Made by a program: the position numbers and the translations under genes. The notes under the pieces were generated by a model that was given only the letters and a program-made list of their open reading frames with translations, was not told the DNA's origin and searched no databases. This document shows, in pieces, positions 63,954-64,000 of a stretch of DNA of 64,000 nt. Positions within the stretch are counted from its first letter, which is position 1. Each line of letters begins with the position of its first letter. Origin of the DNA: Chiloscyllium plagiosum (taxonomy: Eukaryota); the NCBI RefSeq assembly GCF_004010195.1, contig NC_057718.1, positions 7,391,563 through 7,455,562 of the forward strand, written 5' to 3'.

Positions 63954-64000
63954 AAACTATTCCACCCTGTCTTCACGGTGTCCTACAGCTGACTGCAAAT

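Overview
Repeat-rich vertebrate DNA, very likely from a shark or other elasmobranch (HE1-type SINEs, HER1/CR1 LINEs, Deu-domain SINE), with three assembly gaps. The only host gene I recognise is coding exon 1 of AIG1 on the minus strand (42044-42184), with catalytic Thr43 intact and a GTAAGT donor. I could not find exon 2, so everything to its left is probably intron 1 (>42 kb) and everything to its right is 5' flank. Two RFX X-box-like motifs lie just upstream of the ATG. The rest is mostly CR1/L2 LINE fragments, SINEs, solo-LTR-like pieces, an interstitial telomere-like array and a 24-bp minisatellite. Two signals stand out. (1) Many short Penelope-like element (PLE) ends from at least four families carry minimal hammerhead ribozyme motifs; they are often inserted as target-site-duplication (TSD)-flanked palindromes with back-to-back ribozymes. 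(2) There are three local templated insertions. In one, a PLE palindrome captured two neighbouring genomic segments by apparent template switching (47056-47558). All family names come from recognition by eye; no searches were run.
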